A stretch of 64,000 bases of DNA from Octopus sinensis (taxonomy: Eukaryota). The stretch's first letter is position 1. Each line of letters starts with the position of its first letter. Location of the stretch: positions 95,046,001-95,110,000 of the forward strand of contig NC_043003.1 in the NCBI RefSeq assembly GCF_006345805.1, written 5' to 3'. Of the stretch, positions 26,025 through 38,117 are shown in pieces. The notes under the pieces were generated by a model. That model saw nothing but the letters and a program-made list of their open reading frames with translations. It had not been told where the DNA came from and searched no databases. The position numbers were made by a program, and so were the translations under genes.

Positions 26025-27022
26025 TTAAATATCTGTGGTTAGTAGGAGAGGAGTCTTAATTATTATATATAGAATATGTTGATAGAAAAATATTTGCTTT
26101 TTCCATTTTGTTTCTTGATATTACTATGAATTATCTAAAACAAAGTAAGATCTACTTCAGTAGGTTCACTACTTGCTATCCACCTTCTTCAGGGAATGTC
26201 TTTTTCTTGTTTATTTCCACACTGCATGCAGCTAATGCTTTTTTGAGAAAATCATGTCACTCATCAAAACTCCTTCCAGGTTCCATATTATTTCAAGGTT
26301 CCATACCTACCACAGGAAACATTTAATATTAATGATTAATGCTGCATGTTTTCTAATGCTTTATTATGAGAAATGCATGAACATCATAACATCTCATTCT
26401 TCATTTGATTTAAATACAAGATCATATGACCTATGTATCAATTCAATATTACCATTGCCTGTTTTTTCACTGCTCTTAAAGAAAGCATGATTATCAAAAT
26501 ATTTCATTGGTTCTTTCCACAAAAGCAATTTTTTCCACTGCTTCACATCAATTTTTGTTCTAATACATATATCAAATGTCATAATAAGCTGGGGAACTTT
26601 TTGTTGTTGTTTTTTCATCACTTATACTTTTCTTCAGTTTGGAAAAGGTTCTAATATAGATTCATTAAAGAATTAGTAATTCCTCTGAGTTATAAAAAGA
26701 ATGCATTCTTAAAATCTTTTCCATAATATAAATTTTTAAGAATCCCAGCTTCCATTTTTCCCTATTGACATTACTTACATCTTTTCTTACCACACACACA
26801 CACATGCATATACATACATATTTATTTATAGTATTTACATATCTGAAGACAGATATTATATGTTAATGCATTTGTAAATGTGATTCAGTAAAGAGTAATT
26901 TTTCAAACAAATCAATAAGTAATTGTGTTCGCTATATTAAGTATTTAATCTGTAATGTTCTTGGTTATAGCATTCTACTACTCAGAGTTTTATATCTTTG
27001 TCCTTGAGCATTCATCAGCTGG

Positions 27023-27714
27023 CCGGCTGGTGGAATGTTTACCACACTTGGTCAGTGTTTATGAGCATGGATTTTCTGACATCTATGATTGTTTAGTCTG
27101 GTTTGATAGTGTTGTTGAGGTTTAAGTAAATGAACTTGTGTTTTATGTCAACACTTAATAAATTAGATCTGATTTTGCTTTCAATATGTCTGTTATTTTG
27201 GTTAGGCTGATGTTATTTCCCTTATGTCAGAGACTACAGAAATTTGAACAGGTGTGGATTTATTGCTGAAGTGTGAACCAGTTGTTAATAACAATGTCAT
27301 TGTTGTTTGTATCTTTTACATGCCATACATGGTTTGATAATGTGTGAAGGCAGCATCAAGAATGAACATTCAGACTGTACACCCACCTGGAGACATGGAT
27401 AAAAAAATAATTCTACATTTTTAAACATCCTTTGGTATTTGAAAGATCAATATTGATAATATTGGTTCATACTTCAGCAGCAAGTCCACATCCACAATGT
27501 ACAAATTTCTGTAGTATAATGCTGGAAAAACATCAACAGAAGATCAGAGTTAATTGTTAAGTGTTACCATGAAAACAATTTCATTCTTTAAAAACCTAGT
27601 GACAGAACTATCAGTCCAGATAAATATTCTAAAAACCATGAGTTCATAGGCCACCATGCCATCAAACCACACTGATAAGCTCTAACCAAAAGAGATGTAT
27701 ATTCCACCAGCTGG
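27023..27714. repeat. Diverged long inverted repeat (arms about 255 bp, spacer about 185 bp)
   Basis: The reverse complement of 27023-27279 aligns colinearly with 27464-27714 (shared blocks ggttca.acttcagca, caaatttctgtagt, ttaagtgtt, attccaccagc.gg). Confidence 0.75.
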
Positions 27715-28737
27715 TCCCAAATGTGTAATGTCCAAGTACAAGGAGGAAACTGTCTAATGGGATGCAATAGATAAATTTTGGTACTTCTGATTTCTGATTT
27801 ACAGAGTTACATGTTGTGCATTACACTCACACACAAACATACACATATGTATACACACTAGTATTTTTCTAGAAAATACTGTTAAGTAGATTCTACTAAA
27901 ATATAGCTATATTTTCTAGTTTTAGAATGCTATCTGCAGTCTAATTTCCCATTTCAGTATTTCTTTTGTTAATCAGTGTGTTTTTGTCTTTTTCCTTTGA
28001 ATCATTTCAAATTCCTCTGATGAAAAATTTCAATCAAAAATTCAATTGAAAATTTTTTTTTGTTTTTAGCTGTTTTGAAATTTATTAAAAATTTTCTTGT
28101 AACATACATGTGTTTACATATGTATGTGTACACATCTTTATACTATAGTCTTCTTGCTTACTTTTTTCCCTTTCCTTTTCTTTGTTGCTTTGTTGCAACA
28201 TAATCTACTAAAGCCTTTATTTTGATAATCCTTAGAGATTTTCTTAGATGGACTATAGATGTGTGTCCAAAATATTGTGTTTGAGAGTTTGTGTCTAGTT
28301 ATAGGAACTTTTGGTATTGATCCCATATTACATCAGTTAAACACATATACACTAGCACATGCATACACACACACACGCACATATCACCATTATCATCGGT
28401 CATTTTAAAATCCACTTTTCTGTGCTCACATGGTGAAGACAGAATTTGTTGAGGCTGATTTTCTATGGCTAAATCCCCATCCTGTTGCCATATATACACA
28501 TGAAACTGTTATTGATGTAGAATTTTTATTGTTTAAAATCACTAAGGTAGTAAGGTGGAAGAATTGTGAGAACAATGGTAAAAATGCTATGTGATATTTG
28601 TTTCAGTTTTTCACATTTTGTGCCTTTTGTTCTTCCAAAATCAAATCCCAAAAATAAAGTAGCAGTCAAATGCTAGGATTGATGCTGTCAACTAAATCCT
28701 CCCTTCAAAATAGCTGGCCTTGTGTCTTCAATAGAAA

Positions 28738-28960
28738 TCATCATCGTTTAACATGGGTTACAGGATTTGATAGGAGCTGACCAGGTAGAATACTACCGTG
28801 TCTGTTTTGGCATGGTTTTTATGGCTGGATGCCCATCCTAACCAACCACCCCACAAAATGGACAGTGCTTTTTACATGGCACCAGAACAGGTGAGGTCAG
28901 TTTTGGCATGGTTTTTACAGCTGGATATCCCTCCAAATATCAACCACTTCACTGAAATCA
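28738..28960 (-). mobile_element. RTE 3' UTR fragment, degenerate, with internal duplication
   Basis: Tail motif plus two ttttggcatggtttt(t)a.gctggat blocks. Confidence 0.6.
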
Positions 28961-29855
28961 TTTCAAGTAAAGCATGTACTTTCAATACACCAACAAATAT
29001 ATGATGGTCTTACCCTTGTTGTAAACAATATAATGAATAAACAGCTGGCAGAAAGGGATGTAACTGGAAATGATACACAACGTGCTATGTGTCAGACACA
29101 AAAGGGAGCAAGCTAAAAAAAAAAAAGGAAACCCTAAACTAATCAATGCTGATTTCCTTCACCATTGCAACATCTCATGTGAGATCTTTTTGTTTGTCTA
29201 ATAATACCAGCCATATGCTTAAGTGAATTATAGACACAAACCAATATATACAAATAACTAATATGGTTGAAATTTTAAAGGTTTCGTTATTCCAAAATAG
29301 CCTTAGACCTCAGTTTTTCAGTGTCCCAGGGATTTCTATATCTCCACAAAACTAATGATAAATAGTTGTTGATTCTATGTTGGATATGTCCATCCTTTCC
29401 ATCTAATGTTTTTAGCTATCCTGCTCACTAGTTTAAGCCTGATGGGGTATCAGCTTGGTGCTATACAGTTCAACCATGTAATACGTTGTTCTGGATTACA
29501 TGTTACCAACAGCAACTTTGAATAGCCTCATGCACACACACACAAACTTTTTCCTTCCAAAGACTTTTAGTCACATGACTATACTAGTATTTCTGGTAGG
29601 ATTACTGCTCTTTTTGTGTGTGTGTGACTGGACCCCTACCAATCATGGAATTGTTTTGAATATTATATTTTAGCTGTTATGTCAAACCCCCAATTCCAGC
29701 ATTTTCAATAAAACATCCATACTGATAACTGTAGCTTTGTTGCCAAGATTGATTTATCATGACAAGATTGCTGCCAATTATATGGAACTCTGGAATAGTT
29801 TCCTATTGTTGTCTTTGGTTCAGTTTAATGTTTGTTGTTGTTACTTAAATGCAAG

Positions 29856-29886
29856 GCATTCCAATTGGACAGATTTATGGTTAAAG
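29856..29886 (+). CDS. Candidate 31-nt micro-exon (AFQLDRFMVK)
   Basis: Acceptor ...ttaaatgcaAG and donor AAG|GTACTA only. Could easily be chance. Confidence 0.15.
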
Positions 29887-30098
29887 GTACTACATTATTA
29901 CTATCCTATTGTTTTCTATTTTAGGTTTCATGTGTTGTCTTAAATTATCCTTTATTAAGGCATAGTTTGGTGTAGATTTAGCTCAGTGGTTCTCAAACAG
30001 GGTTCACATGGCCCTTGGGTGTTCATGTAAGATTTTGTAATAAATTTATTATACTTTGATTATACACAAACTATTTTAACAATTTTTGTTATACAACT

Positions 30099-30209
30099 CC
30101 TTACGGCCATATCACGTTGAAAGCACTGGTTCTCGTCTGATCACCAAAGTTAAGCAACATCGAGCCAAGTTAGTACTTAGATGGGTGACCGCTTGGGTGC
30201 TGTAAGCAT
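30099..30209 (+). pseudogene. 5S rRNA pseudogene with a 9-nt internal deletion
   Basis: ttacggccatatcacgttgaaagcactggttctcgtctgatcaccaaagttaagcaacatcgagccaagttagtacttagatgggtgaccgcttgggtgctgtaagc matches invertebrate 5S as recalled, but lacks AATACCGGG. No T-run terminator; single copy. Confidence 0.9.
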
Positions 30210-30216
30210 CACACAA

Positions 30217-30605
30217 GGCACAGGAGTGGCTGTGTGGTAAGTAGCTTGCTTACCAACCACATGGTTCTGGGTTCAGTCCCACTGCGTGGCACCTTGGGCA
30301 AGTGTCTTCGACTATAGCCTCGGGACAAATAAAGCCTTGTGAGTGGATTTGGTAGATGGAAACTGAAAGAAGCCCATCATATATATGTGTGTGTGTAAAT
30401 GTTTATGTGCCTGTATTTGTCCCCCCCAACATCACTTGACAACTGATGCTGGTGTGTTTACATCCCCGTAACTTGGTGGTTTGGCAAAAGAGACCAATAG
30501 AATAAGTACTAGGCTTACAAAGAATAAGTCCTGGGGTCGATTTGCTCGACTAAAGGCAGTGCTCTAGCATGGCCACAGTCAAATGACTGAAACAAGTAAA
30601 GGAGT
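30217..30605 (+). mobile_element. SINE family A, full length, directly downstream of the 5S copy
   Basis: Head at 30217, tail gtaaaggagt. Confidence 0.9.
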
Positions 30606-32217
30606 AACTACTAATAATATTTAATTATAAAAATATAATGGGACTTTTTTAAAGCACCAAATGTCTATAGGGGTCTAGTCATGTAAAATAGGAATCAAAA
30701 GGGACCCATAGGCAAAAAATGGTTGAGAACCACTGATTTAGCTCCTGTTTGTAGCAGGTTTAGCAATCATACAGAGACTCCCACTTTGATTGTATAAGAT
30801 AGGTTATTGTATTATTTAGCTGTAGATCATCAATGATAAAGCAGACATATGATCAAAAGTAGTCCAGCTATGACCATTCCATAGTTTATTCAAATAATGT
30901 ATCTTAGGCTATATTATCCACTGAGTCTAATATTCTATAGACAGTACAATGTGATTTGGTGTAATTTAGTTGTTATTTATAGCATGTCAAATAATCGTGT
31001 AGAGTTGGTTCTGTGAGAAATAAGGAAATGGTAGATGTGATATGTATCAGGGAAAACATCATCAAACAGCAGTCATATCTGGTTCATAGTCTTAACTCAC
31101 AAATATCTTTTTATCATTCTAAATTATATTTGCTCAGTGACTATTGTAGGAAGTAATTGAACATTTACTTTTCATCTCTCACTCAAAAATGTTAACCATG
31201 AAGTATTCTGTATTCTTTAATTACCTTCAGAAATAATGAAGAATTTGAGGAGGTTTAGTCAAGTAATTAACACATTATTATTAATTTGGTATTTATAACA
31301 TAATTAAGGGCTTTGTATTAAATTCTAATGTAAAGTTTTAATTTAACCCTTTTTGTTACCATGTTCCTGTTGCGATGCACAGTCATTGTTTCATTTAATT
31401 AATGAGAAAGAATTCATTAAAATAACTTTGTCATTATTAAGATGGTATTTGGAACATAAATTAACATGAAATTTTGATGAAAGGTTTTAATTATACATCA
31501 CTTTAAACAAGGAGTTTGCATCATATAACCTTGGTTAGCCTCAGTGGGGTTGGTATCAAGAGATCTGTTCTTTCATCTTTTATTTGTTTCAACCATTAGA
31601 CTTGGCCATGCTGGGGCACCACCTTGGGAAATTTCTTTTAGTCAAATGAATCAACCCCAGTTCTTTTTTTTTCTTTTAAGCCTGGTACTTATTCTATTTG
31701 TCTCTTTTGCCAAACCACTAAGTCATGGGGTCATAAACACACCAGCACTGGTTGTCAAGTAGTGCCATTGTTTCAATATGTTCATCTGCCAAAATAGTTC
31801 ACATCTAACATTGCATCTCATGATTTCAATGTAAACCTGGCTCAGGTGGTTTGCGTGTTAATTAACCCATAGTTGGTTCCCTGACAAATGCTACTACACC
31901 AGCTCAGAGTAAACTTAAGAAAAATAGTGGCTAAAAGATGGTTCCACCCTCCTCAAAACCCTAGAATTTGGAATTTCCAGGATTTTAAAGAATGTGGGAT
32001 AACCTCTTAGCCAGTATTGTTCCTAGGTCTATGCTGACCCAGAGTGGTAGTAATATCATGGGTATGGCTTTAAAACTGCATCCAGTAGTTGGACCTTGGC
32101 TCAGGTCTTCCACCATACAGAAATGGTAATGTTTACCATTGAGTGGATGTACATACTGTACAAGAATAGCTGTGAAAATATGTTTTAGAGAATTCATGTA
32201 TAGTATAATTGATATAT

Positions 32218-32805
32218 AAGTGCAGGCATAGCTATGTGGTAAGAAGCTTGCTTCCCAACCACATGTGTGGCACCTTGGGCAAGTGTCTTCTACTATATCC
32301 TCTGGCTGACCAAAGCTTTGTGAGTGGATTTGGTAGACAGAAACTAAAAGAAGCCCTGTGTGTATATATTTATATGTGTGTGTGTGTGTGTGTATATCTT
32401 TGTGTCTGTGTTCTCTGCGCATGTGTTGCCACCTCCACCACCACCATCACATGGTTCTGGGTTCAGTCCCACTGCGTGGCACCTTGGGCAAGTGTCTTCT
32501 ACTATAGCCTCAGGCCAACTAAAGCCTTGTGAGTGGATTTGGTAGATGGAAACTGAAAGAAGCCCGTCATATATATGTGTGTGTGTGTATGTTTATGTGC
32601 CTGTGTTTGTCCCCCCAACATCGCTTGACAACTGATGTTGGTGTATTTACATCCTCATAATTTAGCGGTTCAGCAAAAGAGACCATTAGAGGAAGTACTA
32701 GGCTTACAAAGAATAAGTCCTGGAGTTGATTTCTTTGACTAAAAAAAAAAAACCTTTAAGGCAGTGCTACAGCATGGCCACAATCAAATGACTTGAAGTA
32801 AAAGA
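32218..32805 (+). mobile_element. SINE family A: 5' half followed by a second nearly full copy
   Basis: Core is repeated at about 32270 and 32480. Confidence 0.85.
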
Positions 32806-33180
32806 ATATTCTCATGCATTTATATTTTAACAAATACCATATCTCTAACTTTTTGTTGTAACTGAATTTTAGTCTTTCAATTCATGTGATGTCACTGTTT
32901 ACATTTGCCAGTATCAAATATTTACAGAAGTCTTAATTATTTTCATTTCTAATAATTGTAATTAATAAAATAAACTTTTTATTGCTTGTTTTGTTTTAAC
33001 TAATTAAAATTTGCTGTGAATGGGGAAAATCCTTAGTTGTTGTAGGTCATATCACTCATGACTAATTAATTAAGTTATCTTAATGAAATAGAAATATTTC
33101 ACTATAATGAAGCTTTAAATATGATCTTTTAAGAACATTTACGCAATAGCAAAGCTGATTTCCTATAACTATCTTTTCAG

Positions 33181-33268
33181 TTTTGCTTTCAGAGCTTAGT
33201 TATAGAAATACACGTGAAAATGATATGGAAAACATCCTATATAATATTTCAACAATGTATGCAAACAT
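33181..33268 (+). CDS. Candidate internal exon (LLSELSYRNTRENDMENILYNISTMYAN)
   Basis: Pyrimidine tract with two in-frame acceptors (33180 and 33192) and donor AT|GTTAGT. The frame stays open to a stop at 33354-33356, which overlaps AATAAA. No homolog recognised. Confidence 0.25.
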
Positions 33269-33525
33269 GTTAGTTTGTCAACCCACACAACCTACCACTG
33301 GCAATCAGAAAACAAAAGCTTTTGAGAATGAGCAAACATGTTTGAACATAGAATAAATAAACTAATATTTTTTTATCATATAAACTAAAGATTATTTTTC
33401 TCTTTCTTTTGCTGTTAAAAGTTTATAAACTCAAAGATTAATGTACAAAGCTGCAATTATACGTCAAAGATTCAAACTATGATCAGATGCTTTTTTATAT
33501 ATATATAATTACATTTAATTTTAAA

Positions 33526-33565
<40 letters not shown>

Positions 33566-34139
33566 ATTCTAAAAGAAAAATGTTTCATACGATTAAGTTA
33601 ATAGAGTACCAGAACTTCAGACTCCTCGCTAAGAGTGGACTGTCTCCAGGACATTTTATTCTCAACAAATCTGTCCACTTCATATGGATACTACTATAGG
33701 TGGTATATTTAATCATTGTAAGCATCAGTGACACAATAGAATTGGTGAGCATTTGTTGGTTTACAGAGCTAATTTCAGTTTCTCATAGGTAATTATCTGC
33801 AGTAAACCACCATCTTGTCAGAGATGATGTATTTCTCCACTTTTTTTTTTAAAAGAATAATCTATATTTAAAAACTGATCTATTCTTGTTGAAAACATTA
33901 ACTATCAACTGTAAGGATCGTAATAGGATTAGTGATGTCCAGCCATGAGGAAATATTACCTTGCTTGGAAACAGGTTAGGGTTGGCAACAAGAAAGACAT
34001 CCAACTGTAGTACATTAGTAATAGCCTAGAGTCAATTTAACCTTCTGTTCCCTTTAAATACTAAAACTGATCTTATAAACAACCAGAAGAAATCAACTTT
34101 GAAAGGTGACTATAGTTTAAAGTTTAAGGATATCCAGAC

Positions 34140-34430
34140 TCATCATCATTGTCATCATCTTTTAACATCTGCTTCCATGCTGGCATGGGTTGGATGGTTT
34201 GATTGAAAACTGGCAAGCCAGGAGGCTGCACCAAGGTGGTTCCAATCTGATCTGGCAAGGTTTCTGCAGATGGATGCCCTTCCTAACACCGACCACCCTG
34301 AGAGTGAAGTGGGTGCATTTTACATGCCACAAGCATGGGGGCTAGTCAGCAATACTGGCATCAACCAGATTCAATTGGTGCTTTTTATGTGCCACCGGCA
34401 TGGGTGCCAGTCTGGCAGCACTAGCATGAT
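34140..34430 (-). mobile_element. RTE 3' UTR fragment
   Basis: Same tail and body as 18636-19115. Confidence 0.75.
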
Positions 34431-34526
34431 TATAAGTGTGATTGTAAGTATTCTATAAGTTGCAATTAATATTCTATCAGTTACTGTTCCTAGGGTTAAA
34501 TAATGCTGGAAATTTTCTTCACAAAT

Positions 34527-35754
34527 ACAAGGTGGATCATGGTATGATATGCCACAAACTGTGTGATCTCAGCATAGCTGGAAAACTTGGGGTGTGATTA
34601 CATGACTTTCTGAAAGATAGAAGTCAGGCAGTAGTGGCTAATGGAGACACCTCTGTAATAAAAACACGAATAGTGAGTGGTGTTCCACAGGGCACTGTCT
34701 TGGGACCACTGCTTTTTATAGTGGTCCTCTCAGATATGCCTGCAAGTGCCCGGAGAGCCACCCTTGCAAGTTATGCAGACAATATGAAAGTCTCACAGAA
34801 AATACAGAACCCCAGCGATGTTGCACATCTGCAGCAGGGGTTGGACTCAGTTTACAGATGGGCTGAGGATAATAATATGCAGTTCAATGCGGAAAAATTC
34901 CAAGCCCTACGCTACCAGCGTCCAAAACTGAATATGAAACTTACAGGGTACACTGGTCTATAGGGAGTTTCAATCCCAGAGCCTAAATCAATGAGGGACC
35001 TGGGTATCGACATGAGTGATGATACCTCTTTCCAAGTGCACATTACCAGGATGGTGACAAAGTGCAGATGACTGGCTGGATGGATCCTAAGAACATTCAG
35101 AACCAGAGATAAAGAAACTATGATTGTCCTCTGGAGGACATTCGTCCTCAGCCACCTGGATTACTGCTCCCAGCTATGGTCACCCAACTGTGTGAAATTA
35201 ACAGTGGACCTTGAAGCAATCCAGAGAAGATTCACAAAAAAGATCGTCTCTTTGCAACTGCTCAGCTACTAGGAAAGGCTGAAACAGCTAAGACTCTACA
35301 CCCTGGAGAGAAGGCGGGAGAGGTATGCAGTAATATACGTCTGGAAGATCCTGGAAGGTATTGTGCCAAATTTTAGCATTGAAAGCTACACCAATGCCAG
35401 AACAGGACAACACTGTATAGTGCCAAAGATCCCAGCAACGTCATCGTGCTTCAGGACCAGTTACTGCAATAGCCTGGGTTTCAGGGGCCCACAGCTTTTT
35501 AATATTCTCCCAAAGAGCCCGAGGAACTTGCACAAAGTAGATTTAGGTGTTTTTAAATCAAAGCTGGACCTCTTCCTATCGAGAGTCCCAGATGAACCTA
35601 CCTCACAGCAAGAGGTACAAATGAGGGTAGCTACATCAAACTCCATTCTTCACCAAGTGCTACATATTGGAGGAGGCTGTCAGTAATAACAGTTTAGCAA
35701 AACGGCGGTGCATCAGCATGGCCACAGCTCTGAGCTGAAACTACAGAAAAAAAA
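34527..35754 (+). mobile_element. 5'-truncated CR1/L2-group LINE, RT C-terminal half with stops, and 3' end
   Basis: SGVPQGTVLGPLLF...SYADN...LQQGLDSVYRWAEDNNMQFN, later LERRRERY and FKSKLDLFL. A-rich tail; candidate TSD aaataca at 34523-34529 and 35752-35758. Confidence 0.9.
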
Positions 35755-35804
35755 TACATTTATATTTATATTTATATGTATTTAGATATTTATGTATTTA
35801 TATT

Positions 35805-35840
<36 letters not shown>

Positions 35841-36039
35841 ATATATATATATTCATATTTATATATTCAATAATATAATAATTCACTCCCTGATAGTAAA
35901 CTGCAGTTGCTGCGCAATTACTTGTAACACACGTGAGTGATTGGGGAAGAATAAGAGTTTTCACTTGTCTGTATAAATTCAGAAGTGCTGGTTTTGAGAT
36001 ATTAGTTATTTAACTTCGCTTGGTCGAATATGTATTTAA

Positions 36040-36410
36040 TTACTAGTAGCCGCAATTCCAGATGATGCCACAGCTAGGGCAATGCCTTGTGTTCGCCTAA
36101 TCTCAGCCAATATTAATTTGTTGACAAAAGTTTTCACAGTGCTCCCAGGAGTGTCCAGGAAAAAAATCCCCCCAGCTTTGGCCCGGACTGAATTAACAAC
36201 GGAGTTGTAAGCAAACTTCTGTTCTGGAAGGAGCTTTGGCTCATTGTCGGCTATGTACTCGGCAAGCTCGTCAACATTAAAACATGTCTCACGCAGCAAA
36301 TATCAAGACAGAGTGTTTGTGCCTTCCCGGTTTGTTGAAGGTAGGCCATAGACCGGCAAGGCACTACCACCCATATCAAGTACAGTATCTTCAAACGTAG
36401 TTTGTTACCA
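36040..36410 (-). mobile_element. Helitron RepHel fragment (PIF1-type helicase N-terminal motifs)
   Basis: GGIFFLDTPGSTVKTF (decayed Walker A, normally DAPGGTGKTF) and IALAVASSGIAAT, preceded by MGGSALPVYGLP. Confidence 0.85.
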
Positions 36411-37469
36411 CACACCCACACCTGCCCCTATGTATGTGTGTGTGTGTGTGCGTATGGGTAGATATTATGCATGTATATATGTGTACATATTACATGTACA
36501 TCTATATATATACATCTACACATAAAATACAAAATAGAAAGTTATATCTTGATATCGCTAGTGATAATAATACTCAAAATATATAACAGACTGGAATTGT
36601 AGGCCCATCTCTTGCAATTTCGATCAATTGGATCTTGTCCTCCCTCTTGTATAGAAGTGTACGGCTGCAGCGAAATTCATTTTTGGACTTTCTTCTATCA
36701 AAGGCATTTAAACAAAAATGCTTCCGTAAAGACGGTGAAAATATTGTCAATTTCCCCAAAAAGGGACACAATTCAATTTTTAAACAATAAGCAAAGCCCC
36801 TTCTCCGAAAGGGGGAGGGTTACGGTTTACAATTATTTAATAAATGCATCACAACAACGTTTCCCTGACGAGGAACCAACAAACGTGATTACAATAGTCA
36901 AACAGTAATAATTATAACAACAAACCTTTTTAATTTATCCCCATTTATGTGAAACCACTTATTCAAGTTGAAGTCTTTGATGCAATTTTATACGAATTGC
37001 TAATACACACACACACATAATAAGGGTGAAAAATTGAATATTAATTTGATTAATATGAATTGAAAACTAGTGGTGTGGCATATAAGACCATAGCGGATCT
37101 TCCTCTAGCAAAAAGGATGACCAGTATTAATGGCTCATCCCTGTTATATAAATACTTTCACTTTAATTGTTGCACACTTGCAAAGAGAAAGTGGGAGAAA
37201 GTGTGGTGGTAATGGAAGGAGTGAAGCACTTGAAATGAGAGAGGCAAATCGTAAAATATTGAGTTTTCTCAAATTTTTGCTTAGTTGGAAGCTTAGTTGA
37301 AAAAACTTTACGTGCCATGACCCAATCGAATCTACTTGGAAAAATCATAGGTAAATTCCAATTAAGAAATTCTATATTGTAGAATTGTATTAAAAAGAGA
37401 CATGGGAACAGGCAGAGAAAATCTGCCTTTTATCATAAGAATTATCATAAGAGATAAGAGATTATTTAT

Positions 37470-37594
37470 ATTTGTGTATATTTATATATATTTATATATG
37501 TGTATATTTATATATTTTTATATATCTATGTATATATAATATATATATATATATATACATATATATTTATATATATATACTTATATATATATAC

Positions 37595-37625
<31 letters not shown>

Positions 37626-37627
37626 CT

Positions 37628-37720
<93 letters not shown>

Positions 37721-37750
37721 CATATATATTTATATGTATATATATATAAG
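37470..37750. repeat. Imperfect (TA)n microsatellite
   Basis: Seen directly. Confidence 0.95.
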
Positions 37751-37914
37751 CTAATGAAACATTACATTATGTAGGCTGGATCTTACCCTGCATCTTACTT
37801 ACATTAAGGTGTTTAACAATGGATTGCAACTGTACTGCTTGTCTGATGTCTTAATGGTTCAACTAGCACCGAACTCACAGTATTTAGTTTTGACTCTTTA
37901 TCTTCTAAGTTTAA

Positions 37915-38117
37915 CCCTTTAGAATTCACATTATTCTGTCAAATGTACTGCGAATTTATTTACATTGTTTTCAATTAATCATGCATTATTCCATAGCTTC
38001 GAGTTTTCCTTCATATGATTATATATTTTTAAAATGACATTATAAGGTAGGTGTGATATTCCGGATCTGACCAGTAGGATATTTTGGCCGATTATGACCA
38101 GTTTAAATGCTAATGGG
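37915..38117. mobile_element. TTAA-flanked MITE, family 2, opposite orientation
   Basis: TTAA|CCCTTTAG ... GCTAATGGG|TTAA. Confidence 0.72.

Larger units (their letters stand above)
29984..30735. mobile_element. hAT-type MITE carrying a nested 5S+SINE insertion
   Basis: TIR cagtggttctcaa / ttgagaaccactg, with an exact 8-bp TSD atttagct at 29976-29983 and 30736-30743. Confidence 0.9.

Noticed and set aside
26394-26621. 75-aa minus-strand ORF
   Set aside because: AT-rich, no motif, no splice support; length is within chance expectation.
27000-27025. Hammerhead ribozyme cores (ctgatga on minus here; cttatga...gaaac on minus near 49140-49170)
   Set aside because: No complete core with stems I-III could be assembled by eye. 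An Infernal search would settle it.
29432-29520. Kringle-like peptide FKPDGVSAWCYT
   Set aside because: Lacks CRNP and the other cysteines, and splice sites are weak. Likely chance.
30099-30209. Functional 5S rRNA gene
   Set aside because: Internal 9-nt deletion, several substitutions, no terminator, single copy inside a MITE.
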